Of a stretch of 64,000 nt of DNA, positions 26,533-36,211 are shown piece after piece. This stretch comes from an uncultured Solirubrobacterales bacterium (lineage in GTDB: Bacteria; Actinomycetota; Thermoleophilia; Solirubrobacterales; 70-9). Within the stretch, counting starts at the first letter, position 1; the number at the start of each line of letters is the position of its first letter. The translations under genes and the position numbers were made by a program. A model generated the notes under the pieces. That model worked only from the letters and a program-made list of their open reading frames with translations. It was not told where the DNA came from and did not search any database. The stretch is taken from positions 127,023-191,022 of the forward strand of contig CAWGEV010000008.1 of NCBI GenBank assembly GCA_963821705.1, read 5' to 3'.

Positions 26533-27009
26533 GTGACGGCCGCGGGTTGGCGTGTCGGCTATCGCGACATCGTCGCCCCGGATCGGCTCGCGGAACTGCC
26601 GGTCGACCGCTGGCGTCACGAGGTCGGCGTGGGACTGCGGCGCCCGGTGGCAGATGCGTTCACCCATGTCGCTGAGATCGACCACTCCTTCGCCGGCTAC
26701 TGCTTCGTCGCGGCGCCCTCCCGGGAGGCGGACCTCGGGGACTCGGTCGCCGAGCTGGTCGCGATCTACGTGGATCCGGACTACTGGCGACGGGGTGCGG
26801 GGCAGGCGCTGATGGGTGCGGCCATGGATCGGCTCGGCGGCCTGCCCTACCCGGAGGTGATCCTCTGGACCTTCAAGGAGAACCGCCGGGCGCTCGCCTT
26901 CTACGACCGCCACGGCTGGCGTGCCGACGGAGCCGAGAAGGTCCATGCCCGCAGCGGTGCCCCCGCGATCAGGTTGAGGCGACCCGTCACAATGGAGCCG
27001 CTTTCATGA
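26533..27009 (+). CDS. GNAT family N-acetyltransferase (true start probably upstream of the first canonical start codon)
   Basis: Acetyl-CoA motif RRGAGQALM. The same frame upstream (26485-26532) encodes VRIREARPGDTEAIVS, the usual GNAT beta1/alpha1 segment, but contains no ATG/GTG/TTG. Confidence 0.8.
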   Translation: MTAAGWRVGYRDIVAPDRLAELPVDRWRHEVGVGLRRPVADAFTHVAEIDHSFAGYCFVAAPSREADLGDSVAELVAIYVDPDYWRRGAGQALMGAAMDRLGGLPYPEVILWTFKENRRALAFYDRHGWRADGAEKVHARSGAPAIRLRRPVTMEPLS

Positions 27010-28106
27010 CCGTCACGTTCTCCCAGAAGCTCGCCCAGATCCCGCACTACGAGCCGGGGACCTCCCTCGACGACGCCAAGGCGCAGGCCGAGACCGCTGA
27101 TGCGGTCAAGCTCGCTTCGAACGAGTCGCCGTTCGCGCCGCACCCCAACGTGGTCGAGGCGATCTACCGCGCCGCGGCGGATGTCAACCGCTATCCCGAC
27201 CCCGAGGCGCGTGTGCTGCGGGGCAGGATCGCCGATCACCATGAGACGGATCCGGCCCGCATCGCGGTCTCGAACGGCTCCTGCGAGATCCTGCTCGCCG
27301 CCGCCCTGGCCCTCTGCGAGCCCGGTGACGAGATCCTCTACGCCTGGCCGTCCTTCTCCATGTACCCGCACCTGCCGGCCCTCTCCGGCGCGCGGGAGAT
27401 CCGGGTGCCCCTGGCCGAGGGCTTCGTCCACGACCTCGACGCGATGCTCGAGGAGGTCACCGCGGCGACGCAGCTGCTGATCGTCTGCAACCCGAACAAC
27501 CCGACAGGCACACACATCCCGGCCGCGCGGCTCGCGGAGCTCGTGGAGGGGGTTCCCTCGCGGACCACCGTCATCCTCGACGAGGCCTACATCGAGTACC
27601 AGACCAATGATGACCCCGATGCGACGCTGGACCTGCTGGACGGGCACCCGAACGTCGTCCTGCTCCGGACCTTCAGCAAGTGCCACGGCCTCGCCGGCCT
27701 TCGCGTCGGCTACGCGCTGTGCTCACCGCAGTTCCGCGCCGCCGTCGACGCGGTGCGCCAGCCGTTCAGCGTCAACACCCTCGCGCAGGCCGCCGCCGCC
27801 GAGGCGATCCGCCACCAGGACGACGTGGCCGACCGGGTGGAGAAGAACCTGATCGAGCGGATCTACGTCGAGGACCAGCTCCACGGGCTGGGCTTCACGA
27901 CGGCCGAGTCCCAGACCAACTTCGCCTGGATCGAGCTGGGCGCTCTCGATGAGGAGGAGGTCGTCGCGGAGCTGACGAGGGCGGGCGTCGCGGTGCGCCC
28001 CGGCACGCCACTCGGCGGGCCGGGCTGCCTGCGGGTCACCTACGGGACGCGCGAAGAGAACGACCGTTTCCTGGCGAGCCTCGCCGACATCGAGGGCGTG
28101 GGCTGA
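27006..28106 (+). CDS. hisC: Histidinol-phosphate / aromatic-amino-acid aminotransferase (class II PLP)
   Basis: PLP-lysine region RTFSKCHGLAGLRVGY, plus NPNNPTG. It sits in an aromatic-biosynthesis neighbourhood. ATGA overlap with the GNAT gene. Confidence 0.85.
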   Translation: MTVTFSQKLAQIPHYEPGTSLDDAKAQAETADAVKLASNESPFAPHPNVVEAIYRAAADVNRYPDPEARVLRGRIADHHETDPARIAVSNGSCEILLAAALALCEPGDEILYAWPSFSMYPHLPALSGAREIRVPLAEGFVHDLDAMLEEVTAATQLLIVCNPNNPTGTHIPAARLAELVEGVPSRTTVILDEAYIEYQTNDDPDATLDLLDGHPNVVLLRTFSKCHGLAGLRVGYALCSPQFRAAVDAVRQPFSVNTLAQAAAAEAIRHQDDVADRVEKNLIERIYVEDQLHGLGFTTAESQTNFAWIELGALDEEEVVAELTRAGVAVRPGTPLGGPGCLRVTYGTREENDRFLASLADIEGVG

Positions 28107-28149
28107 TTCGTTCGACGGCGCCCCGGCCTTCTGCTTCAATGTCCTCCGG

Positions 28150-28236
28150 ATGACGCACGGCACGCACATCGCTTCGGCCACGAGCCGCTTCGCGGCCCGC
28201 ACGCGTGCCTATTTCTACTTCTGGCGATTTACCTAG
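28150..28236 (+). promoter_or_regulatory. Candidate aromatic-amino-acid leader peptide ORF (28 codons) upstream of aroG
   Basis: Encodes MTHGTHIASATSRFAARTRAYFYFWRFT*. Six of the last eight codons are Tyr/Phe/Trp. By hand count, 23 of 28 codons end in G/C. A GC-rich hairpin (28237-28271) begins right after its stop. No clear Shine-Dalgarno sequence. Confidence 0.45.
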
Positions 28237-28359
28237 GCGTCCGGCCCGCGGCTGCCTGAAGCCGCCGACGCACAAGCTTCACCCGCCGGGCGCCGCCTCC
28301 ACGGTTGATCCGTACCTCAAGGACCATCGCCATACCAGTAGAAAGAAGGGGACAGCAGG

Positions 28360-29463
28360 ATGAATTTCGAGATGAAGGAGCTACCGAGACAGCACTCCGA
28401 CCGCGTTCGGGACCAGCGGATCGAGCGCGTCGTCGAGCTGGTCTCCCCGGCGGAGATCCTCGAGGACCTTCCCCTGGGGCCGAAGCGAGAGGACGCCGTG
28501 CTCGCCCACCGCGCCGAGGTCAAATCGGTGCTCGACCGCGACGACGACCGCCTGCTCGTGGTCGTCGGCCCTTGCAGCGTGCACGACCCCGAGGCGGCCG
28601 TGGAGTACGCCCAGCGACTCAGCGCCCGGGCGAAGGACCTGGGCGGGGAGCTGTGCATCGCGATGCGGACCTACTTCGAGAAGCCGCGCACCACGACCGG
28701 CTGGAAGGGCCTGATCAACGACCCGCGCCTGGACGGCTCGCGGGACGTGAACTTCGGCCTCCACACGGCGCGCCGTCTGCTGCTCGAGGTCACGGATCTC
28801 GGGCTCGCGATCGGCTGTGAGTTCCTCGACCCGATCACGCCCCAATACATCTCGGACGTGGTCGCGTGGGGCGCGATCGGCGCCCGGACCACGGAGAGCC
28901 AGATCCATCGCCAGCTCGCATCGGGCTTGTCGATGCCCGTCGGGTTCAAGAACGGCACCGCCGGCAGCGTCAAGCTCGCCGTCGACGCGGTCAAGGCCGC
29001 CGGGGGCCAGCACGCCTTCGCCGGCGTCGACGTCAGCGGCACCCCGGCGATCCTCTACACCGAGGGCAACCCGGACTGCCACGTGATCCTGCGCGGTGGC
29101 AAGGGGGCCCCGAACTACGACGCCGAGAGCGTCTCGGGGGCGCTCGAGCTGCTCGCCGACGCCGGGATGCAGGAGCGCATCGTGATCGATGCCTCGCACG
29201 ACAACAGCGGCAAGGACCACGAGCGCCAGCCGCAGGTCGTCAGCGAGATCGCCGACCAGATTGCCGCCGGGGACGGCGCCATCGTCGGGGTGATGATGGA
29301 GTCCTTCCTCGTGGCGGGTCGCCAGGACCTCGAATCGGACGGCGACCTGATCTACGGCCAGTCGATCACCGATGCCTGCATGGACTGGGACACCACCGTG
29401 CTGACCCTCGACCGGCTCGCCTCGGCGGTGCGCAAGCGGCGCGAGGCCGCGCCAGCCGGCTAG
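28360..29463 (+). CDS. aroG: 3-deoxy-7-phosphoheptulonate (DAHP) synthase, class I (AroF/G/H type)
   Basis: KPRTTTGWKGLINDP signature, ~367 aa, GPCSVHD. GAAGGGGA lies upstream of the ATG. Confidence 0.92.
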   Translation: MNFEMKELPRQHSDRVRDQRIERVVELVSPAEILEDLPLGPKREDAVLAHRAEVKSVLDRDDDRLLVVVGPCSVHDPEAAVEYAQRLSARAKDLGGELCIAMRTYFEKPRTTTGWKGLINDPRLDGSRDVNFGLHTARRLLLEVTDLGLAIGCEFLDPITPQYISDVVAWGAIGARTTESQIHRQLASGLSMPVGFKNGTAGSVKLAVDAVKAAGGQHAFAGVDVSGTPAILYTEGNPDCHVILRGGKGAPNYDAESVSGALELLADAGMQERIVIDASHDNSGKDHERQPQVVSEIADQIAAGDGAIVGVMMESFLVAGRQDLESDGDLIYGQSITDACMDWDTTVLTLDRLASAVRKRREAAPAG

Positions 29464-29467
29464 TCCC

Positions 29468-30544
29468 GTGAGGGTGGCCGTCCTCGGTGTGGGCCTGATC
29501 GGAGGGTCGATCGGGCTCGCCACCCGTGCCAGGCTCGATGCCGAGGTCGCGGGATTCGACCCGGATCGCGAGCTCCTCGACCGGGCGAAGGAGCTCGGCG
29601 CGATCGACAGCGCGCACGACAGCGTCGCCGGCGCCGTGGAGGGTGCCGACCTCGTGTTCTGCGCCGCCCCGGTGATGGCGCTGCCCGCCCTGGCGGCCGA
29701 GGCGCTGGAGGCGGCCTCCGAGGACTGCGCCGTGACCGACGTCGGGTCGGTGAAGCGGGACGTGATCGCGGCGCTCGGCTCGGATAGCCGCTTCATCGGC
29801 GGCCATCCGCTCGCCGGCGCCGAGACCTCCGGCGTCGAGAACGCTCACGCCGACCTCTTCGACGGGGCCCGCTGGTACCTGACTCCGACGCCGAAGACCG
29901 GAGGAGTGCTCTACGACCGCGTGCAGCGCGCGGTTGCGGACATCGGGGCTCGTCCCCAGGCGATCGAGGCGGAGACGCACGACCGCCTGATGGCGACGGT
30001 CAGCCACCTGCCGCACGTCGTGGCGAACGTCCTGGTGAACCAGGCCGCCACGGCGCTGAGCGAGGAGGCCGAGCACCTGCCGGAGGTGGGGCCGAGCTTC
30101 CGCGACGCGACCCGGGTGGCCGGGGCGAACCCCGCGATCTGGGGTGACATCTTCGCCGGGAACCGGGAGGCGGTCGCCGCCGAGATCGACTCCGCCATCG
30201 CCCGCCTCAGCGAGGCGGCGGAGCTGCTCCGCTCCGGTGACGCAGACGCCGTCACCGCCTGGCAGGAGCAGGCGGGACAGCGGCGCCGCGAGCTGATCGA
30301 GACCGAGATCGCGGGAGGGCCGCTGCATGAGCTTCGAGTCCGCGTTCCGAACCGGCCGGGGATCGTCGCCGAGGTCGCCCTGGAGCTCGGTCGGGCCGGC
30401 GTCAACATCGAGGACATGGCTCTCTACCCGGCCGCCGACATGACCTCGGGCGCCATCTCCCTCTATGTCGCCGGGGACGGGGAGGCCGATCGCGCCGAGC
30501 GCCTGGTCAGGGAACTGGGCCACGACGTCTCCCGGGCGGAATGA
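29468..30544 (+). CDS. tyrA: Prephenate dehydrogenase with C-terminal ACT domain
   Basis: Rossmann motif VAVLGVGLIGGS, HPLAG motif, ACT-like tail LRVRVPNRPGIVAEVALELGRAGVNIEDM. Confidence 0.88.
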   Translation: MRVAVLGVGLIGGSIGLATRARLDAEVAGFDPDRELLDRAKELGAIDSAHDSVAGAVEGADLVFCAAPVMALPALAAEALEAASEDCAVTDVGSVKRDVIAALGSDSRFIGGHPLAGAETSGVENAHADLFDGARWYLTPTPKTGGVLYDRVQRAVADIGARPQAIEAETHDRLMATVSHLPHVVANVLVNQAATALSEEAEHLPEVGPSFRDATRVAGANPAIWGDIFAGNREAVAAEIDSAIARLSEAAELLRSGDADAVTAWQEQAGQRRRELIETEIAGGPLHELRVRVPNRPGIVAEVALELGRAGVNIEDMALYPAADMTSGAISLYVAGDGEADRAERLVRELGHDVSRAE

Positions 30545-31863
30545 CGCGTTTCGAGCCGTCCGGCCCGCTCCGCGGCGAGCTTCGCCCGCCGCCCGACAAG
30601 TCGGTCAGCCACCGGGCGGCGCTGATCGGGGCGATGGCGGACGGCCCGACGAGGGTCACGGGGTACCTCGACTCAGATGACACCAGGGCGACCCTGCGAG
30701 CCGTGGCGGCGGTGGGGGCCGGCGTGCGGGAGGGCGCCGCCGACGACCACGGCGGACTCTTCGTCGAGATCGAGGGAGTGGGGCTCCGCGGCGCGCGCCC
30801 GGCGAGCATCGACGTCGGCAACGCCGGGACCCTGCTGCGGATCATGCCCGGTTGGCTCGCCGGACAGCCGCAGGGCACGTGGACGCTGGACGGCGACGAG
30901 TCGATCCGGCGCCGGCCCGTCGACCGGGTGGCCGACCCCCTCCGGCTGATGGGGGCGGACGTCGAATGCCGCGACAACCGTCTGCCGCCGCTGCGCGTCA
31001 GCGGCTCCCCGCTGCACGGGATCGACTACGAGATGCCCGTGGCGAGCGCGCAGGTGAAGTCCTGCCTGCTGCTCGCGGGGCTCCTGGCCGACGGCGAGAC
31101 CGCCATCCACGAGGCGATCCCGACGCGCGACCACACCGAGCGCATGCTGGCTGCGATGGGCGCCTCACTGAGGCGGGAGGGCGGCCGGTTGGTCATCGCT
31201 CCGGGGGACCGTCTCGAGGCCGGCGACGTGCCAATTCCGGGCGATTTCTCATCGGGGGCGTTCTTCCTGGCCGCGGCACTGATCGTCGGAGGCAGCGAGA
31301 TCGACCTGCGCGAGGTGGGAATCAACCGCAACCGGATCGGCCTCCTTTCGATTCTGGCGCGGATGGGGGTGGAGATGGGCGGGGCGCACGAAGGGGACCG
31401 CGCCGTCAGCATCCACGGCATCCGCGAGCCCGGCCCCGAGCCCAGCGCCACGCTGCGGGTGAGGAGCGCCCCGCTGCGCGGCGCGACGGTGACGGGCGAG
31501 GACGTCCCGTCGGCCATCGACGAGCTGCCGCTGGTGGCGCTGCTCGGCTGCTTCGCGGACGGCGAGACGGTCGTCTCCGGTGCCGAGGAGCTGCGCGCCA
31601 AGGAGTCGGACCGGATCTCGGGCATCGTCGAAGGCCTGGGCGCGCTGGGCGCCGAGATCGAGGCGCGGCCCGACGGCTTCGCCGTCAGGGGGACGGGCGC
31701 TCTGCGCGGCGGCACCCTCGACGCGCGCGGCGATCATCGCCTCGCGATGGTGGGCGCCGTCGCCGGTCTGGCGTCGGAGGAGGGCGTCGAGGTCGAGGGC
31801 TTCGACGCGGTCGCGGTCAGCTACCCGCGCTTCGAGGCCGACCTGCGGAGCCTGATCAGCTAG
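30541..31863 (+). CDS. aroA: 3-phosphoshikimate 1-carboxyvinyltransferase (EPSP synthase)
   Basis: PPDKSVSHRA, DVGNAGTLLR and KESDRI motifs. ATGA overlap with tyrA. Confidence 0.93.
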   Translation: MTRFEPSGPLRGELRPPPDKSVSHRAALIGAMADGPTRVTGYLDSDDTRATLRAVAAVGAGVREGAADDHGGLFVEIEGVGLRGARPASIDVGNAGTLLRIMPGWLAGQPQGTWTLDGDESIRRRPVDRVADPLRLMGADVECRDNRLPPLRVSGSPLHGIDYEMPVASAQVKSCLLLAGLLADGETAIHEAIPTRDHTERMLAAMGASLRREGGRLVIAPGDRLEAGDVPIPGDFSSGAFFLAAALIVGGSEIDLREVGINRNRIGLLSILARMGVEMGGAHEGDRAVSIHGIREPGPEPSATLRVRSAPLRGATVTGEDVPSAIDELPLVALLGCFADGETVVSGAEELRAKESDRISGIVEGLGALGAEIEARPDGFAVRGTGALRGGTLDARGDHRLAMVGAVAGLASEEGVEVEGFDAVAVSYPRFEADLRSLIS

Positions 31864-32188
31864 CGGCCTGGGAGGGGTGTCCGTCCCCGGGCCACGGGGA
31901 GAGCACGAGCAGGATCCGTGAGTCCTCGACCGCCTGGACCTCGTGACGCTCCTTCGGGTCGAAGATCGCCAGCAGGCCCGGGCCGCCGGCGGCCCACTTG
32001 CCATCGGGCGTGTTGAGCTCGATGTTCCCGTCGACGACCAGCAGCCAGGCGCGCTCGTGGACCTGGTGCTCCTGAAGCTGCTCGCCCTTCGGCAGGCTGA
32101 TCACGATCGCGCGGCCCTCGGACTCGGAGTCGAGGACCTGCGGCTGGCGCGGCTGCACTTCGAGCTCGTTGAGGTTCCAGCTCTCCAT
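31856..32188 (-). CDS. Small cupin-domain protein
   Basis: 110 aa. GEQLQEHQVHERAWLLVVDGNIEL is a cupin beta-barrel pattern. ATG at 32188. The rest of the 354-aa track ORF is antisense to cmk. Confidence 0.6.
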   Translation of the reverse strand: MESWNLNELEVQPRQPQVLDSESEGRAIVISLPKGEQLQEHQVHERAWLLVVDGNIELNTPDGKWAAGGPGLLAIFDPKERHEVQAVEDSRILLVLSPWPGDGHPSQAAS

Positions 32189-32248
32189 CGGCACCCGGCA
32201 CTCTATATCCAGCCTCGAAGCGGCGAATCCGTACGCTGGCCACCAACC

Positions 32249-32887
32249 ATGGTGATCGCGATCGATGGTCCCGCGGGGGCCGGCAAGTCCACCGTCGCCA
32301 GGGGCGTCGCGAAGGCGCTCGGCTTCACCTATCTCGATTCCGGGGCGATGTATCGCGCGGTCGCCCTCGCCGCGCTCGAGCGCCGCATGGATCTCTCCGA
32401 CGGGGAGGCCCTCGGCGAGCTGGCCTGGGGGCTGACCATCGACTTCGACGGAGACTCGATCCGCCTGGACGGCCAGCCGGTGGGCGGCAGGATCCGGACG
32501 CCGGAGGTGACGGTCGCCGCCTCCAAGGTGTCGGTCCACCCGCAGGTCCGGCGGGCGATGGTGAAGCGGCAGCGGGAGCTGATCGCCTCGGGCAACTACG
32601 TCGCTGAGGGTCGCGATATCGGAACGGTTGTCTCTCCCGGCTCGCCGCTCAAGGTATTCCTGACGGCCAGCGAGGTGGAGCGCGCCCGCCGTCGCGCCGC
32701 CGAGACCGGGGAGCCCGTCGCCAAGGTTCGTGAGGAGATCGAGGACCGGGACCGCCGCGACCGCGGCCGCGAGCACGGCGCCCTTAGGGCCGCGGACGAC
32801 TCGGTCTCGGTCGACACCACCGACCTGACGCCCGACGAGGTCGTGCAGCGCATCGCCGATCTGGCGCGCGAGAGGGGGGTCGCCTGA
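32249..32887 (+). CDS. cmk: (d)CMP kinase
   Basis: [22 protein letters not shown]-loop, [10 protein letters not shown]. Followed by der. Confidence 0.92.
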   Translation: MVIAIDGPAGAGKSTVARGVAKALGFTYLDSGAMYRAVALAALERRMDLSDGEALGELAWGLTIDFDGDSIRLDGQPVGGRIRTPEVTVAASKVSVHPQVRRAMVKRQRELIASGNYVAEGRDIGTVVSPGSPLKVFLTASEVERARRRAAETGEPVAKVREEIEDRDRRDRGREHGALRAADDSVSVDTTDLTPDEVVQRIADLARERGVA

Positions 32888-34278
32888 TGGAGGCGACCGG
32901 TCAGGGCGGGCCTCCCGCACGCGCTCTGCGACGGCGGCCGGCCGTCGCGGTCGTGGGCTTCCCCAACGCCGGCAAGAGCACCCTGGTCAACCGGCTGGCG
33001 GGAGGCCGCGAGGCGGTCACCGACGCCGAGCCGGGGGTGACCCGGGACCGCCGCGCGCTCGAGTGCGAATGGAACGGCCTGACCTTCGACCTGATCGACA
33101 CCGGTGGCGTCGACCTGGCCGACTCGGACGAGCTCGCGCGCGCCGTGCAGGCCCAGGCGCGGGCAGCGATCGAGGACGCCGAGGTGATCCTGCTGGCGGT
33201 TGACGCCCGGGCGGGCCTGGGCCCCGGCGACGCCGAGCTGGCCGACCTGCTCCGGCGGTCCGGCCGCCCGGTCGTCGTCGCCGCCAACAAGATCGATCGG
33301 CCGGAGGACGAGCCGATGACGGCGGAGCTCAACGCCCTCGGCCTCGGTGAGCCGATGCCGCTCTCCTCGACGCACGGCCTCGGCACCGGCGACCTCCTCG
33401 ACCGCTTGGTGGATGAGGTCCGTCGCCATGCGGTCGACGTGGAGGCCGGCGGCGACGAGGCGGAGGCGCCGCGGATCGCGATCCTCGGGCGTCCGAACGT
33501 CGGCAAGTCCTCGCTGCTCAACGCCCTGCTCGGCTCCGAGCGGGTCATCGTCAGCGAGCGGGCCGGGACCACCCGAGACCCGGTCGATACCGACGCGGAG
33601 GTGGACGGGCGGCGGATCGTGCTCGTCGACACCGCGGGCCTGCGGAGAAAGGCAAAGGTCGCCGGCACGGTGGGCTACTACGCCCAGCTCCGCGCGGAGC
33701 GGGCGGCGGAACGCGCGGACGCCGGGATCGTCGTCTGCGACGCGAGCGAGGGCCTCACCGCCGAGGACCTCCGCGTCGCCGAATTGGCGATGCGCTCGGG
33801 CTGCGCGACCGTCCTGACCATGAACAAATGGGACGTGAGCAGGACGGACATCGATGACGTTCGCGCGCGCGTTGCCCAGAAGAACCGGCTGCGCCCTCCG
33901 GTCCTGACCTGCTCGGCGCACACGGGGCGCGGCGTCGGCGCGGTGCTCCGGCAGGCGATCGTGCTCGCCGACCGCGCCGCCGACCGGATCCCGACGCCGG
34001 AGCTCAACAAGTTCATCTCGACGGTGACGGCGAATCGCCCGCCTCCCCACCGTCATGGCAGGAGGCTCCGCCTCTATTACGCCGCGCAGGTGGGCCGACG
34101 GCCGCCGCGGTTCGCGATCCAGGTGAACGACCGCAGGCTGATCGCACGCGACTGGGCCTTCCATCTCGAGAACAGGCTGCGCGAGGCCTACCACCTCGAG
34201 GGGGTACCGCTGGTGATCGACTACGTCCCGCGAAAGGGTCGGAGGAACCGGAGCGGGCAGCGAGCGGGCCGGGTATAA
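32887..34278 (+). CDS. der: Ribosome-biogenesis GTPase Der (EngA)
   Basis: Two tandem G domains ([10 protein letters not shown] and [26 protein letters not shown]) plus a KH-like C-terminus. Confidence 0.93.
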   Translation: MEATGQGGPPARALRRRPAVAVVGFPNAGKSTLVNRLAGGREAVTDAEPGVTRDRRALECEWNGLTFDLIDTGGVDLADSDELARAVQAQARAAIEDAEVILLAVDARAGLGPGDAELADLLRRSGRPVVVAANKIDRPEDEPMTAELNALGLGEPMPLSSTHGLGTGDLLDRLVDEVRRHAVDVEAGGDEAEAPRIAILGRPNVGKSSLLNALLGSERVIVSERAGTTRDPVDTDAEVDGRRIVLVDTAGLRRKAKVAGTVGYYAQLRAERAAERADAGIVVCDASEGLTAEDLRVAELAMRSGCATVLTMNKWDVSRTDIDDVRARVAQKNRLRPPVLTCSAHTGRGVGAVLRQAIVLADRAADRIPTPELNKFISTVTANRPPPHRHGRRLRLYYAAQVGRRPPRFAIQVNDRRLIARDWAFHLENRLREAYHLEGVPLVIDYVPRKGRRNRSGQRAGRV

Positions 34279-34288
34279 CCGGCTCTCC

Positions 34289-36202
34289 GTGAGTACGCCT
34301 GAAGCCGGCGACTCTGAGGCCAAGGAGGACCCCAGCGAGACCGGCACCGATAGTGAGAAGGGGAAGGCTCGGCGCCGCGCGCGCTTCCGGCGGCGCATCA
34401 GCCTGCCTCGTCCCAACCTCCGGCGGGCCAGCGTCCCCAACTTGAAGCTGCCGAAGGGCGAGGGGGACGCGTGGTTCCGGTTCGTCACCCGGCTTCGCGC
34501 CGTCGGCTACTGGATCAGGGAGAAGGCGCAGGTCGCCTGGGAGTGGCTGAAGCAGGCCGTGGACGCCGCGGCCTACTGGTGGTCGAAGCGGTCGAAGGGC
34601 ACCAAGCGGCGGACCTATGCGGTCGCCGGGGTCCTCGTGCTCTACCTGATCGTCAAGTTCCTGCCGGTGCCGGGTGTGCCCTGTGAGATCTCGGCCGCCA
34701 AGGAGTGCGCGCCCTCCAACGACACGATCGCCTATGTCCCTCGCGACGCAGTCATCTATGCCCACATGACGGTGAACAGCGACAGCCACCAGTGGGACCT
34801 GGCGGGCGATCTCAAGGGGAAGCTGCCCAACTTCGCGGCCCTCCTGCAGAGCGACACCAGCGCGCTCGCCGTCCCCTCCGGCCACCCGGTCGACCTCTCC
34901 CACGACGTGCTGCCCTGGGCCAGGGACGACCTCGCGCTGCTCGGCGTCCCCGGACCGAAGAAGACGACCGCCGAGGCCTACATCGTCGGTGTGGGGGACG
35001 AGGCGAAGGCGAATCACTTCCTGGCCAGCCTTGGCTTGGGCCGCTCGAAGCGGGCGCAGATCGGCGACGGGACGATCTCCGTCTACGCGGACGGCCTCGC
35101 CACCGGCCGCGATGGGAACCAGGCTCTGTTCGGGAACGTGCTTGCGGTGCGCTCCGCCCTGGACACGAAGGCGAGCCTCGAGCCGAGGCTCGAGGGGTCC
35201 CCCCAGGACTCCACCCGCGAGGACCTCCCGGACGTCCGTCTCGCCGAGCTCTATCTCTCGCGGGCCGGAGTGCAGCGCCTCCTCGCGAACCGCCCCGGCA
35301 CCGCGACTCAGCTCGGCACCTTCGTGGACTACGGCGCGACCACCGGCATGGCGGTCTCCGCCAGGGCGCGCGACAACGGCGTCGAGGTGCACCTGGTGAG
35401 CGACCTCGATCCGAAGCTCGAACAGCGGAGCCCGACCGTATTCGCCAGCCTGCCGGAGTTCGAGCCGGGACTCGCGGACGAGGCCGGGTCCAACGCGCTC
35501 GCCTACATCGGGGTCGGCGACCTCGGCCCCGCACTGATCAAAGCGCTCGGGGCGGCCCGCGGCGGAGCCCAGGGGCTGGCGGGCTCCCTCCAGGCGCTCG
35601 GGCAGAGCCTGAAGCAGCAGGCCGGCGTGAACCCCTTCAGCGACCTGCTCCCGGCCCTGGGCGGCCAGGCGGCCCTGGTCGCCGAGCCGACCGCGACGGT
35701 GCCCTACGCCAGCCTGATCGTCGACGGCGTGGACGAGAAGAAGGCGATCGACGCGCTCGCCTCGCTTCAGCAGCCGATCCTGCGCTCGATCGGCACCGGC
35801 GGCCAGCAGGTGCCGAGCTTCACCTCGAAGGAGGTCGACGGCGTCAACGTGCACTCGGTGCAGATCTCGCCCACCGTCGACCTCTCCTATGCGGTCTTCG
35901 ACGGCAAGCTGGTGGTCTCCACTCAGCCACAGGGAATCGCGCAGGTCCGCTCGAGTGGCGACAACCTCGCCGGGACAGGTGCCTATCAGGCGGCCACGGA
36001 TCAGCTCCCGGGCAAGGTGTCGGCGCTAGTCTTCCTCAACCTCAATGAGGTCTTGGGGTTGGCCCAGCGGGCCGGCCTGGCAGAGGATCCCGTGTATGCC
36101 TCGCTCAGCGAAGACATCTCCCACCTCCAGTCACTCGGCCTCGCTGTGAACGGCAGCGACGAGGAGATCCGCTCAGAGCTCTTTCTGGCCATCCACCACT
36201 AG
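34289..36202 (+). CDS. Large membrane-anchored protein of unknown function (possibly DUF3352-like)
   Basis: 637 aa. Charged N-terminus, one TM helix (YAVAGVLVLYLIVKFL), and a long extracytoplasmic domain. GC3 is good throughout. The family call is from memory only. Confidence 0.6.
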   Translation: MSTPEAGDSEAKEDPSETGTDSEKGKARRRARFRRRISLPRPNLRRASVPNLKLPKGEGDAWFRFVTRLRAVGYWIREKAQVAWEWLKQAVDAAAYWWSKRSKGTKRRTYAVAGVLVLYLIVKFLPVPGVPCEISAAKECAPSNDTIAYVPRDAVIYAHMTVNSDSHQWDLAGDLKGKLPNFAALLQSDTSALAVPSGHPVDLSHDVLPWARDDLALLGVPGPKKTTAEAYIVGVGDEAKANHFLASLGLGRSKRAQIGDGTISVYADGLATGRDGNQALFGNVLAVRSALDTKASLEPRLEGSPQDSTREDLPDVRLAELYLSRAGVQRLLANRPGTATQLGTFVDYGATTGMAVSARARDNGVEVHLVSDLDPKLEQRSPTVFASLPEFEPGLADEAGSNALAYIGVGDLGPALIKALGAARGGAQGLAGSLQALGQSLKQQAGVNPFSDLLPALGGQAALVAEPTATVPYASLIVDGVDEKKAIDALASLQQPILRSIGTGGQQVPSFTSKEVDGVNVHSVQISPTVDLSYAVFDGKLVVSTQPQGIAQVRSSGDNLAGTGAYQAATDQLPGKVSALVFLNLNEVLGLAQRAGLAEDPVYASLSEDISHLQSLGLAVNGSDEEIRSELFLAIHH

Positions 36203-36211
36203 AGAACGGAC

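Noticed and set aside
36203-36211. Possible SAM riboswitch before metK and T-box before trpS (21625-21653).
   Set aside because: The upstream gaps are 9 nt and 29 nt. There is no room for either element.
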